A stretch of 64,000 nt of DNA from Octopus sinensis (GCF_006345805.1 NC_043004.1:48174001-48238000); one strand, 5' to 3'; positions 13,584 to 25,249 are shown, counted from the first letter of the stretch. The notes: a model not told the origin generated them from the letters alone. Made by a program: numbers and translations.

Positions 13584-13655
13584 TAGAAGGAAACCTTAGC
13601 ACGTTAACATGTTAAACATGGAAATCTAAAACACGTTTGTTAATCTTGGTAATTT

Positions 13656-15132
13656 TTACTTATTACTACATTTTTTTATTTTCTTAAGGGCCAAACTTGC
13701 TATAGTCTTTCTGTCAAACTTGCCACTGGGCAAAAATGGAAATGAAGGAAAATATAAAATATAATCAGGGTGCATCGATACACAATCAAAGTCATCTGGA
13801 TGCGGCATTGTTTCCGTACAAAACTTTTTCAATTCTTCTTCATTGAACTCGTGATTTGGCCGAAGGGTAACGCACGCGCATACACGTTCTCCAACGGCCT
13901 GGTCAGGGATTGGTACAACAACCACAGCATCTACACTCGGATGACGTCCGATGTAATCTTCAATAAGTTTAATAGATAATTTTACAGTACACTTCTTAAT
14001 AAAATCAGTGCTTCTTCCAACCATTATGAGGTCACCATCTTCAGTTAAGTAACAAACATCTGATGTTGGATACCAACCATTTTCTAAGCATGAGGTTCCG
14101 TCCAGATGTGTTTTTGCTATCCATTTACTTCGAAAATACAAATAGCCTGTCTTTCCAATATCTACAACCCTCTTCTCCTCGTCAACAATTTTGATTTCTG
14201 TTCCTGCAACTGGTCGCCCGAGCAATCCTTGTTGATGTTCTGAAATGTTTTCTGGAGTATAAACTTTGTACGATACCGTGAAAGATTCAGTACTTCCATA
14301 AACAACTATGAAATAACCTGTAAGCTTCAAAGCATTTTCTATTGTATCCCGGGTAACCATGTCTCCACTTGACATTAACATAGGGACACTGAAATCGCGG
14401 TCGCTAAGTCGCTTCACATCTTGTGGTGCAACACCAACCATGTTACATTCTTCACTCTGCCATATCTTTATAACAAAATCGAGGTTCTTCGGATCATTCA
14501 ACATTTCTACGTCTCCACTAACATGCAATGTTCCTCTAGTTACCGCAGTCAAAGGATATCCTCCAATATATCCCATTGGCCGACCGCTAAATGTGATAAA
14601 ACGGAAACTCTCATTAAAATCTGAATCAGGTAAGTTTAAGCATTCGAAATGGCTGTGACAGATACCTTTGGGCACACCAGTGCTTCCTGAAGTCTGATTG
14701 ATGGATGCAATATCTTCCGGGTCAATGTAAGGAAACTCAACCTCGTCATCGTCACTTATTTCTGCCATCAATTTAGCAGCAGATAAAGCATTGGCTGGTC
14801 TGTGTGTATTGGACACATCAATGGCAAACTTCAAATCTGGACACGCTTCGCAAGATACTTTTCCATTATCGCTTATTTGTGCAATGGATAAGAAATTGTC
14901 CCAAATAGATTTGGATCCAAATACAACAGCACTACATCCTTTTATAATAGATTTCAGATCTGCTAATCCAAACATTAATCTCATAGAATATGCTCCCGTC
15001 ATCATGATTCCAATATCGTAGCTCATCCATTCTACACAGTTAGGAACACACAATGCAATCTTGTCTCTTTTTTTAATGCCTAGTTTCATCAAAGCCTTTG
15101 CGAACTTCACAGCTCCATCGTACATCTCTTTC
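13656..15132 (-). CDS. Cassette D: ANL catalytic (terminal) exon, proximal; 540 aa when spliced
   Basis: Intact 489-codon ORF. Acceptor ctttactttacag|G at 15133-15135. 828-nt GT-AG intron to the exon ending at 15961. Confidence 0.92.
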
Positions 15133-15960
15133 CTGTAAAGTAAAGTGACATATTTAACATATATGCTCCTAAATCCATAGTTTCATAATATAGTAGATTA
15201 TATATATTTAATATTTCTGCATTTCCTTGAGAGGACTCATAGAATTTTGTTGATAATTGACTGAACTAGCAAGTAAAACTGCCCAGAAATTGATGTAGAT
15301 ATCCTCAATCTGGAGTCTGCCCCAATGTATGAGTGTTTCGAGATACAAAATCGGAACGCAAAAACATATTTACAGAACAAATCCTGCAAGATATGTGAGC
15401 CAACATTTTCCCAGTTCTACAAATCTACCACCAGGGACTGAAACTTTTTATTAATCTTGGAAGGATGACAATCAACTCAATCCGATTTAAATGCAGAAAT
15501 AGAAAGTAGCAACAAATACCACGTGGCATTGTTTCCGATTCTTCAAATACTCTACTAGTAAGCCTCCTGTATAAACAATGTATATCGATTTCCGTTTCTG
15601 ATAGACCATAAGTTAAGTACGCCAAACATTTAAGATGGGTGACAGAGGAAAATACGTCACTCGTGTATGAATGTTTGTGCTTCTACACAAAAGAAAATAT
15701 ATTGGCATACAAACACAAGTACAATGAACGTCGCACGTCACCTGCTCTGTCATGCGTTGCCTGATCAATAAGTATCAAGTCTTGCCATAGAAACGAAGCT
15801 GAAGAACGCAGAGTAAAGTTACTTAGCACAGAACTTTGCTGTGCATGTGCACTATCCTCTGTATGCTTTACCTTTATTACTATGGCAACAATTTGTATAC
15901 TTACTAATCAGACTTCGTATTTTGGGTTCAAATATTTCATTCACTTTTGCATATACTTAC

Positions 15961-16106
15961 ATGGTTATTTGGTGCCTTTTGAATTCTGCATCATAGCAAA
16001 CAATTGTTACTCTGTCTGGATATTTTTCAGCTCTCTTACGCAATCTTTCAGGAATCGTCTCATACGAAACTTGCGAATCCTCTTTTGTATGAAGGTAACT
16101 CGACAT
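15961..16106 (-). CDS. Single N-terminal coding exon of the ANL locus (48 codons + 2 nt)
   Basis: Hand translation: MSSYLHTKEDSQVSYETIPERLRKRAEKYPDRVTIVCYDAEFKRHQIT-AT|G, matching the acyl-CoA synthetase N-terminal pattern TIxExLxxxAxxxPD. caaaATG start context; donor CAT|GTAAGT. Phase 2 matches |G AAA GAG ATG of every cassette. Confidence 0.9.
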
Positions 16107-16157
16107 TTTGAAAAACCACAAACTTCACGTTTCTTATTTCTATCAACTGGTGTTGTT

Positions 16158-16190
16158 CTATAACCAGACATGAAAAAAAAAAAAGAAAAC
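16158..16190 (-). promoter_or_regulatory. Probable splice acceptor upstream of the start codon, implying a further 5'UTR exon
   Basis: Minus strand cctgttttctttttttttttttcatgtctggttatag|aacaac, 51 nt before the ATG. Confidence 0.5.
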
Positions 16191-16803
16191 AGGAACTATT
16201 AATACGAACCATTTTAAACAACCATAAAATTTATGATTTTATTAATTTCTAAACAATCAGAGACAAATCATAAATTTAAGCGTCAGTAAGAGAACATTTG
16301 ACTTTCCTCATTATGGTTATATCATCGTAATAAGAATGCAAAATACATTTCTTATTACATAGGAGTAAAAACTAAAATGTTGACTTAAACAAATAGAAAC
16401 TTCTTCTTTTAATTAAATGCCAACAGAAGCAGTACCTACAGAGCACCTTCACGTACATTACAATGTCAGATCAGAACAACCGCCTAAATACACAATTGAA
16501 ATATTATATTAATGTTTTATATCCAAAGTAGAAGATCGCATATTTTGGCGAATGGGAAGCACTGGAAAGCATCGAAATTGGCTCCTTCCTTTTTTTTTTG
16601 TATGAATCTAATATTTATTTTTTCGGAAACAAGGTGAAATGTTAATTCATTTCCAGCAGGATTTGTCCTGAATTTTATTTTTGCATGTATATCGTGAAAT
16701 ATCGTGTAGAGAAAATACCAAAGAGTACCATCCGCATGAAGCATACCATAGCTGAAGAAGCCGGGGTCTATGGTACTTAATGTATTGGATAAAAATATCC
16801 TCA

Positions 16804-16951
16804 GAGTGGCTGTGTGGTTATTTGCCAACCACATGGTTCCGGGTTCAGTCCTACTGTGTGGCACCCTGGTCAAGTGTCTTCTACTATAGCCTCGGGCAGA
16901 CCAAAGCCTTGTGAGTGGATTTGGTAGAGAGAAACTGAAAGAAGCCCTTCG
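16804..16951 (+). mobile_element. tRNA-derived SINE, family A (other copies 18586-18749 +, 55695-55858 -, 57365-57528 -)
   Basis: Four near-identical copies gagtggctgtgtgg...ggttccgggttcagtccc...ggaaactgaaagaagccc ending in (TA)n. Confidence 0.8.
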
Positions 16952-16954
16952 AAT

Positions 16955-17047
<93 letters not shown>

Positions 17048-17961
17048 GCGTGTGTATATGTATATGATTGTGCGTTTTCGTTGCGTCTTGCAACCTTTTC
17101 AATAGTTTTGACTCAAGACTATTGAAAAGGTTGCAAGACGCAACGAAAATTTTAGGAAAATAAAAATAAGAAAAAAGTGGAGTGTGTTAAATAATAAGGC
17201 ACAAAAAGAAAATGACTCTCCCCATACACAACAGAATATGCTTCAACACACGAACTCATATAAAGAATCTTGCAAACCAAATCCAAAAACGAAAAAATAT
17301 ATTCTAGTTATACTAAAATAATAAAATATGATTATAAATTGTATCTAAAACTTATGACTAAATTGTAGCTAATTTTATTTCCGGCTTCTAGTTTTTTTTT
17401 TATCACTTGCCTTACACGATAAATATATAAAATAGCAAACATATTTTAAGAACTCTTAAATGTTAGTAAGAATTATCTCCCCTACACCGGAGCTCTCAAG
17501 GTTGGATTATACGTTGTTCCCTTGGAAGCCATGATTAATTCGTGGCGAGGAAATTACCAAAAAGATAAGTTAACATTCTTTTTTCCTATTTTTATTATTT
17601 TTCATTCCTCATTTTTGTTCCTTATTTAGTAATGAAAAATTATTTCGACAATTTCTAGTTGTATAATTTTGATTGTCATGTCTTTATATTTGATGTAAAT
17701 AGTAAAATAGTTCTATATAATCCAGACCTGAAGATTAGCAGTATAGTCGGATTGATATGGTATTGAATTTCGAGACCTTCTATGAGAGGAATACCGATAG
17801 ACATTGTCATGAAACGCGCGTAGTCTATATAATTTAATATAGGATTCAGAATAAGAATTGTAGATGTTAATTTTCATAAAATTTTATCTTATATATCTCT
17901 ATCATAGATAATGTCGTTCAATGTGGATTGAGTTGCTTGAAGGTGGTTCTGTCTCTTAAAC

Positions 17962-18081
<120 letters not shown>

Positions 18082-18403
18082 CTAATCTACCAAGTATCTG
18101 TGGAGGGGAGGAGTCATTTTTGAAAGAATAACACAATGATAAAAATAGAAGTAAATACATCAATAATACATAAACAAATGCTATATATGCTTCGACAATA
18201 GAAGGAAAGAAAAGATTAATAGAGTTGGATAAAATCGCATTCCGATTTGTTCTTAGAACTATGACGTCTTCACAATATAAAAGTACGTATTTGGACGTTT
18301 CTCTGCTATTAAGTTGTAAGGATATAATTTGAACAGATAAAGCATTTGTGTCATTCAGATATGTTGTAAATATAGTATATATGATAAATTATGTGTGAGT
18401 AAT

Positions 18404-18497
<94 letters not shown>

Positions 18498-18775
18498 AGA
18501 CGGACAGACAGACAGACAGACAAACAAAGATAGAGAGGGAGGGTAAGAGGAGAAGATGTAATAATACTAGCAATGTTCGTATATAGGCGCAGGAGTGCCT
18601 GTGTGGTAAGTAGCTTGCTAACCAACCACATGGTTCCGGGTTCAGTCCCACTGCGTGGCATCTTGGGCAAGTGTCTTCTGCTATAGCCCCGGGCTGACCA
18701 ATGCCTTGTGAGTGGATTTGGTAGACGGAAACTGAAAAGAAGCCTGTCGTATATATATATATGTATGTGTGTGTT

Positions 18776-18985
18776 TGTGTGTCTGTATTTGGCCCCCCTA
18801 GCATTGCTTGACAACCGATGCTTGTGTGTTTACGTCCCCGTCACTCAGCGGTTCGGCAAAAGAGACCGATAGAATAAGTACTGGGCTTACAAAGAATAAT
18901 TCCCGGGGTCGATTTGCTCGACTAAAGGCGGTGCTCCAGCATGGCCGCAGTCAAAATGACTGAAACAAGTAAAAGAGTAAAAAGA
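18776..18985 (-). mobile_element. Interspersed repeat, family B (also 37075-37240 + and 57115-57335)
   Basis: Repeated core tttcagtcatttgactgcggccatgctggagcacc...gaataagtact. Confidence 0.7.
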
Positions 18986-19038
18986 GTAAATATTGTTCCT
19001 CCCTAAAATTTCAAACCTAGTGCCTTTAGCAGAAAGGA

Positions 19039-19082
<44 letters not shown>

Positions 19083-19088
<6 letters not shown>

Positions 19089-21000
19089 TAGTCTTATGTT
19101 TATATCGTGCTTTCACTTCACTACCGAGCGCAGCTCTGTGTGCCTTGGGTATGTGCTGTATTTTGTTGTAATGCTCTTATTGTTACTGTACTGAAAGTGT
19201 TTTACGTAGGATGTGTGCGGTGCCTAGTAGTGACATTTTCTGTATGTTATATATACTTATTAGTCCTTGTGTTTTTGTTATGTATTTGTCTGAATATTTT
19301 TTTCATAGCTAATGCACCTACTATGATAGGAATTGTTTCTCTTTTTAGACTCCACATTCAAGTTGCCTCTATTTTGAAAGTTTTTCCATTTCTTTTAGAT
19401 AAAGGTTGTCATCTGTTAGTATTGGAGCATCGATTAGATACCATTTTTTTCTTAGTCATCTCTGACAACTATATCCGGCATATTGGCCTTAATTTCTCTA
19501 TCTGTGTGTTTTGGCATATTCCATAGTATGGTTATTTTCTCATTTTCTGTGACCTTTTCTGGCATGTGCCTATACCATCTTTTTTCTGTTGTTATTCCAT
19601 AGTGTTGGCATAGCTTCCAGTGTATGTAGATCCCAACTCTGTCTTGTCTATGAACATATTCCTTCTTAGCTAGGACGGGGCAACCAGAGACAATATGGTT
19701 TATTGTTTCTTGTCCATCTCCACGTATTCTGCAGTTACTTGTTATGTTTCATTTCATTATATGGTTTTGGTAATTTCTGGTGGGGAGGCTTTGGTCTTGT
19801 GCTGCAATTAAAAATCCTTCAGACTCTGCTTTGAGTCCTGAGCTTCTCAACCATTGTTGGGATTTTGCTCTGTCTGATTGTTTTGCGTTTTGCTTCATCC
19901 AGTATTTGCCATGAGGTATTTTTCTTGCCATCGTTTTATCCTGATACGTTGCTGTTCCAGTTTCCGTTCAGATTTCAGTTGTTTTACAGCTTTTTTTTGT
20001 TTCTTTTTTTTCTTCATAGCTGTTAGGTACTATGACTTCTTTTTTGTATTCGTCAGTTTCCTTTAAAGCCTGAAAACTGGGAGTTTTTTCGTGTTTTGTG
20101 GCTATTTGTATTAGGTTTCCTCGCTTCTGAAGTAGGTATTTTTGTAGTCCTATGGTGGTTATTTTGTAATAGTTTTCTAGCTGTATAATGCCGCTACTAC
20201 CTTCCATACTTTGGGTGGCGCATCCCAAATCCTGTCATTATATTTCTTGTCTTCCTTTCTATTTTGGTTAGTTCCTTTACAGTCCAGTTAAGGAAATTGT
20301 AGCTCTAACTGGGACGGCTAGAGTGTTGATAGCTATTATCTTGTTTTTCGCATTGAGCTGTGTTTTCAGTGTCAATCTAACTCATCTATAGTATTCTTTT
20401 TTTTATTTTCTCTTTTATTTGTGCGTGTTGTATCTAGTTCATTGATTCCTGAGTATTTGTATGTCTGGCTTTGGTCTAATTCTCTTATTTCATTTGTTTC
20501 ATTTAGTGTGATGTTGCTAGTCTTAACTAGTTTTCCTCTTTTCAAAGTTGCTTTTGCACATTTTTCTAAGCCAAATTTCATGTTTATTTCTTTAGTAAAT
20601 CCACGAACTATCTGTAGTAATGTTTCTAGCTGTTTATCATTTGTAGCGTACAGTTTTGAACCATATAAGAGGTGGCTGACTGTTTTGCCGTAACAGTTGT
20701 ATCCACATCCAATTCTGATTAACATATAAGATAAAGGTGTCAGTGCCTAGCAGAAAAGGAGTGGTGAGAGTGTGTTTTCCGGGAATATTCTTCTTCTAAT
20801 GGGGATAGCCTTGGTTTTTAAAAGTCACTCTTTCGTCTGCATCTGTAACACTGTCTGCCATTTATTCGTGGAATGTTTTATATATTTTATGATTATTGGT
20901 GCTAACATGTTCGTGGTTAATATTTCTAAGATCTATGTGTGGAGAATACTATCATTAGCCCTTCAGTAATCGATCAAGGCCATAGTTAGACCCACCTTCT
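19083..21000 (-). mobile_element. R4/Dong-like RLE non-LTR retrotransposon, degenerate
   Basis: LETLLQIVRGFTKEINMKFGLEKCAKATL (RT), LIAAQDQSLPTRNYQ; 3' end runs into (TAA)n. Confidence 0.8.
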
Positions 21001-21044
21001 CCTTCTTCTTCGTATTATTATTATCATTATTATTATCATTATTA

Positions 21045-21570
21045 TTATTCAGTAGTTTTATTTTTATAGCGTGCTTTCACTTCACTACCGAGCACAGCTC
21101 TGTGTGCCTTGTGCATGTGCTGTGATTTGTTGTGATGCTCTGATGGTTACTGTATTGAAAGTTTTTTGCGTAGGATGTGTGCAGTGCGTGCCCAGTAGTG
21201 CAATTTTCGCATGTTATATGTATGTGTAAGTCCTGATGTTTTTATTATGTATTTGTCTGAATATTTTTTATCATACCTAATGTTCCTACTAAGATAGGAA
21301 TTGTTTCTGTTTTTAGATTCCACATTCGAGTTGCCTCTATTTCTAGATCTTTGTATTTTAAAAGTTTCTCCACTTCTTTTAGAGACACGTTGTCATCTGT
21401 TGGTACTGATACATCAATTAGAAAGCATTTTTTCCTTCATGATCTCTGACAACTATATCTGGCCTGTTGGCCTTAATTTCTCTATCTGTGTGTATTGGCA
21501 TATCCCAGAGTATGGTTGCTTTCTCGTTTTCTGTGACCTTTTCTGGTGTGTGCCTATACCATCTTTTTTC

Positions 21571-21575
<5 letters not shown>
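21045..21575 (-). mobile_element. 5'-truncated copy of the same R4/Dong-like family (further copies 40039-40256, 40336-40545, 58370-58985)
   Basis: Shared 3' terminus attcagtagttttatttttatagcgtgctttcacttcactaccgagcgcagc on +. 58884-58985 encodes VLAKKEYIHRHNRVGTYIHWKLC. Confidence 0.8.
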
Positions 21576-21625
<50 letters not shown>

Positions 21626-22894
21626 GGCGGTGGACGCCTTTTCTTAAGTTATGTAAGTCTCAGTTTCAATAGTTGTTAACAACAACTATAACAACAACAA
21701 CAGCAATTCACCAAACATCAATGACTGCAAACCCTCTTTCGCAAATGTAGTAAAACAAAAAGAACTGTTCTAACTCTCCCTAGAAGACAAGCAGCGTAGG
21801 TTAGAGCAGGTGGCACGTTATAGAAAGTTTGAGAGGAGGAAGGCATTAAAAGAACTCTCAGAAGACTTCACAAACGATGTGTTAAGAAGAACCGTATGCC
21901 ACATGTTCAGCTCTGAGAGAAGCCGTTGCCTGGAGACGGCATCAAATGTTCTGGTGAAAAGGGTCCTTTAAAATATGTGGAAGGACATTTAGTATATATC
22001 CTAGTCAAGACGGACGCACACGATCTGCATCACTTGGGTTGAAGTACAGCCCGAATAAAAATTCAAAATATCCTACCAGGATACGACATTTGGAGCCTTG
22101 TATCTTGAATGATGCGCCACTTGATGTCCAAGGAGCGGAGTAGATATTTTCTGGAGCCAACTTGGAAACACTCCTACATATAAAACCAGAGGTCTGGAAA
22201 AATCGCAGATGCTATCTCCCTGAATTGGGAGGAGCTGGATATGGTTGTGGAAGGCGGAAAAAACAGATGCCTTGTATATGAGGCCAACAACCACCTCAAG
22301 GATTTCTTCCCCCACAAACACAAGAGAACGAGAGGAAAGAGAGAACCCCTACTACTGCCAAAACATCACTGCAACAAGTGGTAAAAAGCACAACAGCAAC
22401 AGTAACAAGAGCAAATTGAAATAAAGAAAAGTAACAATAAGACACACCAACACCAATAATAACATCAGTGGCAGCACCGATATTTGCAATGGTAAGAACA
22501 TCCGCAACAGGGCTACAAGCAGCAGCAACATGAAAAGCAGCCACAGCAGCAACGACACTTTCAGCAGCTAAAGCCACCACCTAAGGGAAATCCCAATCAA
22601 ACACACACACGCACAATCTCTCTCTCTCTCCCTCTCCCTCTTTCTCTCTCCCTCTCCCTCTTTCTCTCTCCCTCTTTGTCTTCCTCTCTCTCTCTCTTCA
22701 TCTCTCCATCCAACATGCACAAAAACAGACACTCATACACACGAAAGCATACCACTGTCCCCGTCCAAATCGGTGCTTTCCGATTCAGCAACCTCATCTT
22801 GCAATGAATAAAGAAATCAAAATAAAAATTATAAAGGAATAAATAAAAACATATACAAATTACTCCAGTGTAAACGATAAAACCACTCCACAAG

Positions 22895-24656
22895 TATTAC
22901 CGATCCAACAACAACGTTGTTCAGGGGATAATAGTGACGTGTGGTATATGCTAGTCACCATAAATTAGGTGACGTCGGTCGGTATAAGGGGAGGGTACGA
23001 AGTAGACGTTCTTAGTCGTGTCTTTTCTGGTCCAGCAACTATACTACTATACCGAAGTGGACGTTGTAATAATTCGGTACTTTAAGGAATACAACATTAG
23101 TGACATAGGTTACAACAGTGGTGACGAGGAATTAACAAACTCACAAGGACTTACGAAACTCACAAACGTTTTTTGTGCGAATTTTACGGGGAAAAAATCG
23201 TAAAATTATGGAAAATTTTTGGACCGGTTTGCTCGAGTTACAAAAACTGCAACAACAGCAGCAGCTACAGCTACTAGAACAATAGTAGAAGCAATTATTA
23301 ATATGTGATGGTGTACCGATGTATGCACAGGGAGTAGTGATACCTGAAACACTACAAAAGAAAATGTGGAGTGAATTTTATGTTGGATATCCTGGCATTT
23401 CGAGGATGAAAACTTTAATGCGTAGCTGTGTGTACTGGCCAAAAAGGATAGAGAAATCGAAAATTTAGCGAAAGGGTGTAGAGGATGTACTCTAGCGACA
23501 AAATTACCTACGATAAAAATTGAACCTTGGCCAAAAGTAGAGGTTCCGTGGTCGAGACAACACGTTGATTTCGCTGGTTCATACTACTTAGTGGTAGTTG
23601 ATAGTTTCTCTAAATGGACAGAAATTTGTAAGTGTAAAGAACCAACCTCCTCAACTGCGACAATCTTTTTTACATGAGCTGTTTGCAAGATTTGGTATCC
23701 CAGACGCGATAGTGTTTGACAATGGAACACAATTGGTGTCTTTTGAATTTAAAAAGTTTTGTAAAATGTTCGCGGTTGAACATATAACTACTGCGCTATA
23801 ACGGACAAGCAGAATGCTTTGTCGATACGTTTAAGACAGCCCTAAGAAAGTCGAATAAGGAAGTCACGGATGAGGTAACTCTACAACAATTTGGTACCGT
23901 GCGATACCAGATCCAAATACACCAGCAGGCATGTTACCATCGGAGCTGATGTTTGAGAGGAAAGTAAAAATCAGTCTTCGATAAATTGCTACCGGGCAAG
24001 AGAAGAAAAATTGCAAGGGAAAATACAGCAAGATTTTAAAAAATTTGTGAAAAGGTATTTGTGAGGACATATAAGAGCGGGAAGATGGCGTGGTTACGAA
24101 GCGCATAGTAAAAATGCTATACTTGGTAAAAAGTAGAAAAGGCGTATACATGAGACACATGAACCACCTGAAAATAAGATTAGTTGACAGCGAACCCAAG
24201 AGACCGGAAGAACTATTGGAATGGTTATATGACACTTTTCAAGTACCGACGCCATTACAGGCGATTGAACCCAGGCGAACATGCGTAAGAAAAAATTTGT
24301 GGACGTCCTCGATGTGGATGCTAAACGGAAAAAAATATTAAATGTGTAACTAAGAAAAAAAACTCAAAGAAGGGAGGTGGAGTGATATAAAAATTACTGT
24401 TATTAAAAGAAATAAAATTATACTTCCTAAGAAAAAAAAACTTAAAATGAGAGATGTAGCGATATTAGTATTAATGGTACACCCCTCCCACGTGACGAGA
24501 GGTATATTCTAGTCGCTATAAATAAGGTGGCATCGGTCAATATAAGGAGAGAGTAGGAAGTAGACGTTCTTAGATAGTCGTGTCTTTAATGGCCTAACAA
24601 CAATACTGTTATATCGAAGTAGCCGTTATAACAACGACATTTTAAGGATTACAACA
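22895..24656 (+). mobile_element. Internally deleted Ty3/Gypsy LTR retrotransposon
   Basis: LTR-like repeats at about 22895-23117 and 24455-24656 (TGT...ACA). PBS-like gtggtgacgagga 23118-23130; purine tract before 24455. Integrase remnants ARFGIPDAIVFDNGTQLVSFEFKKFC. Confidence 0.8.
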
Positions 24657-25249
24657 AACACATCCTCACCACTCACAACCACCACCACCATCCACAAACA
24701 ACATCCATTATCACCATCTACCCTCCTACATAACACCATCCACCATCACCACCATCCGTCGCCACCATCTCCACTAGCAGCAACAAATACAAAGTACACA
24801 ACTGCACTCAAACATACAGAAGAAGATAATAGCCAGACTTTGTGCTAGTCGGGGAAAACAATTAAAATCTAATGGCAGGAAGGAGGGGACATAGAAAGAG
24901 GAGGAAAAACTTTAACCCAAATCAAGATCTCAGTCCCTTATGACCTCCGAATGGTTAGGCTCACTTAAAAACTTATAAGATAATGAAAGAAAGGTTCTCC
25001 TTATGAGGCAGGGTCTGCCTAGGTCAAAGCTACCACTAGGCTTTTGAAAGACTTTCCCGTGGAACCCCCAAGCAAGCATGGAAGCAGACGCTCCTGTTTG
25101 CTTTGCAATATAAACGCTAGGTAGGTGACCCTTTTTCTTTCTCTTTCGCTCCTACCATCCCGATATCTCTGAGAGAAAGGTGTGTCGATGTACGTGGTCT
25201 GGGGTGGGCTTGCAAGCAGGGTCGCCTATTCTACGACCTCGGATCACTG

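Noticed and set aside
5412-15021. Repeated plus-strand ORFs (MAGLCVLDTS..., MSPPDI..., MHRYTIK...)
   Set aside because: Antisense shadows of the ANL cassettes.
7920-15125. Four independent intronless genes starting at MYDG, or a bacterial/HGT origin
   Set aside because: Each ATG follows a splice-acceptor position, the ORFs lack the ANL N-terminus, and that N-terminus lies in a separate GT-AG-linked exon at 15961-16106. Internal initiation at MYDG cannot be fully excluded.
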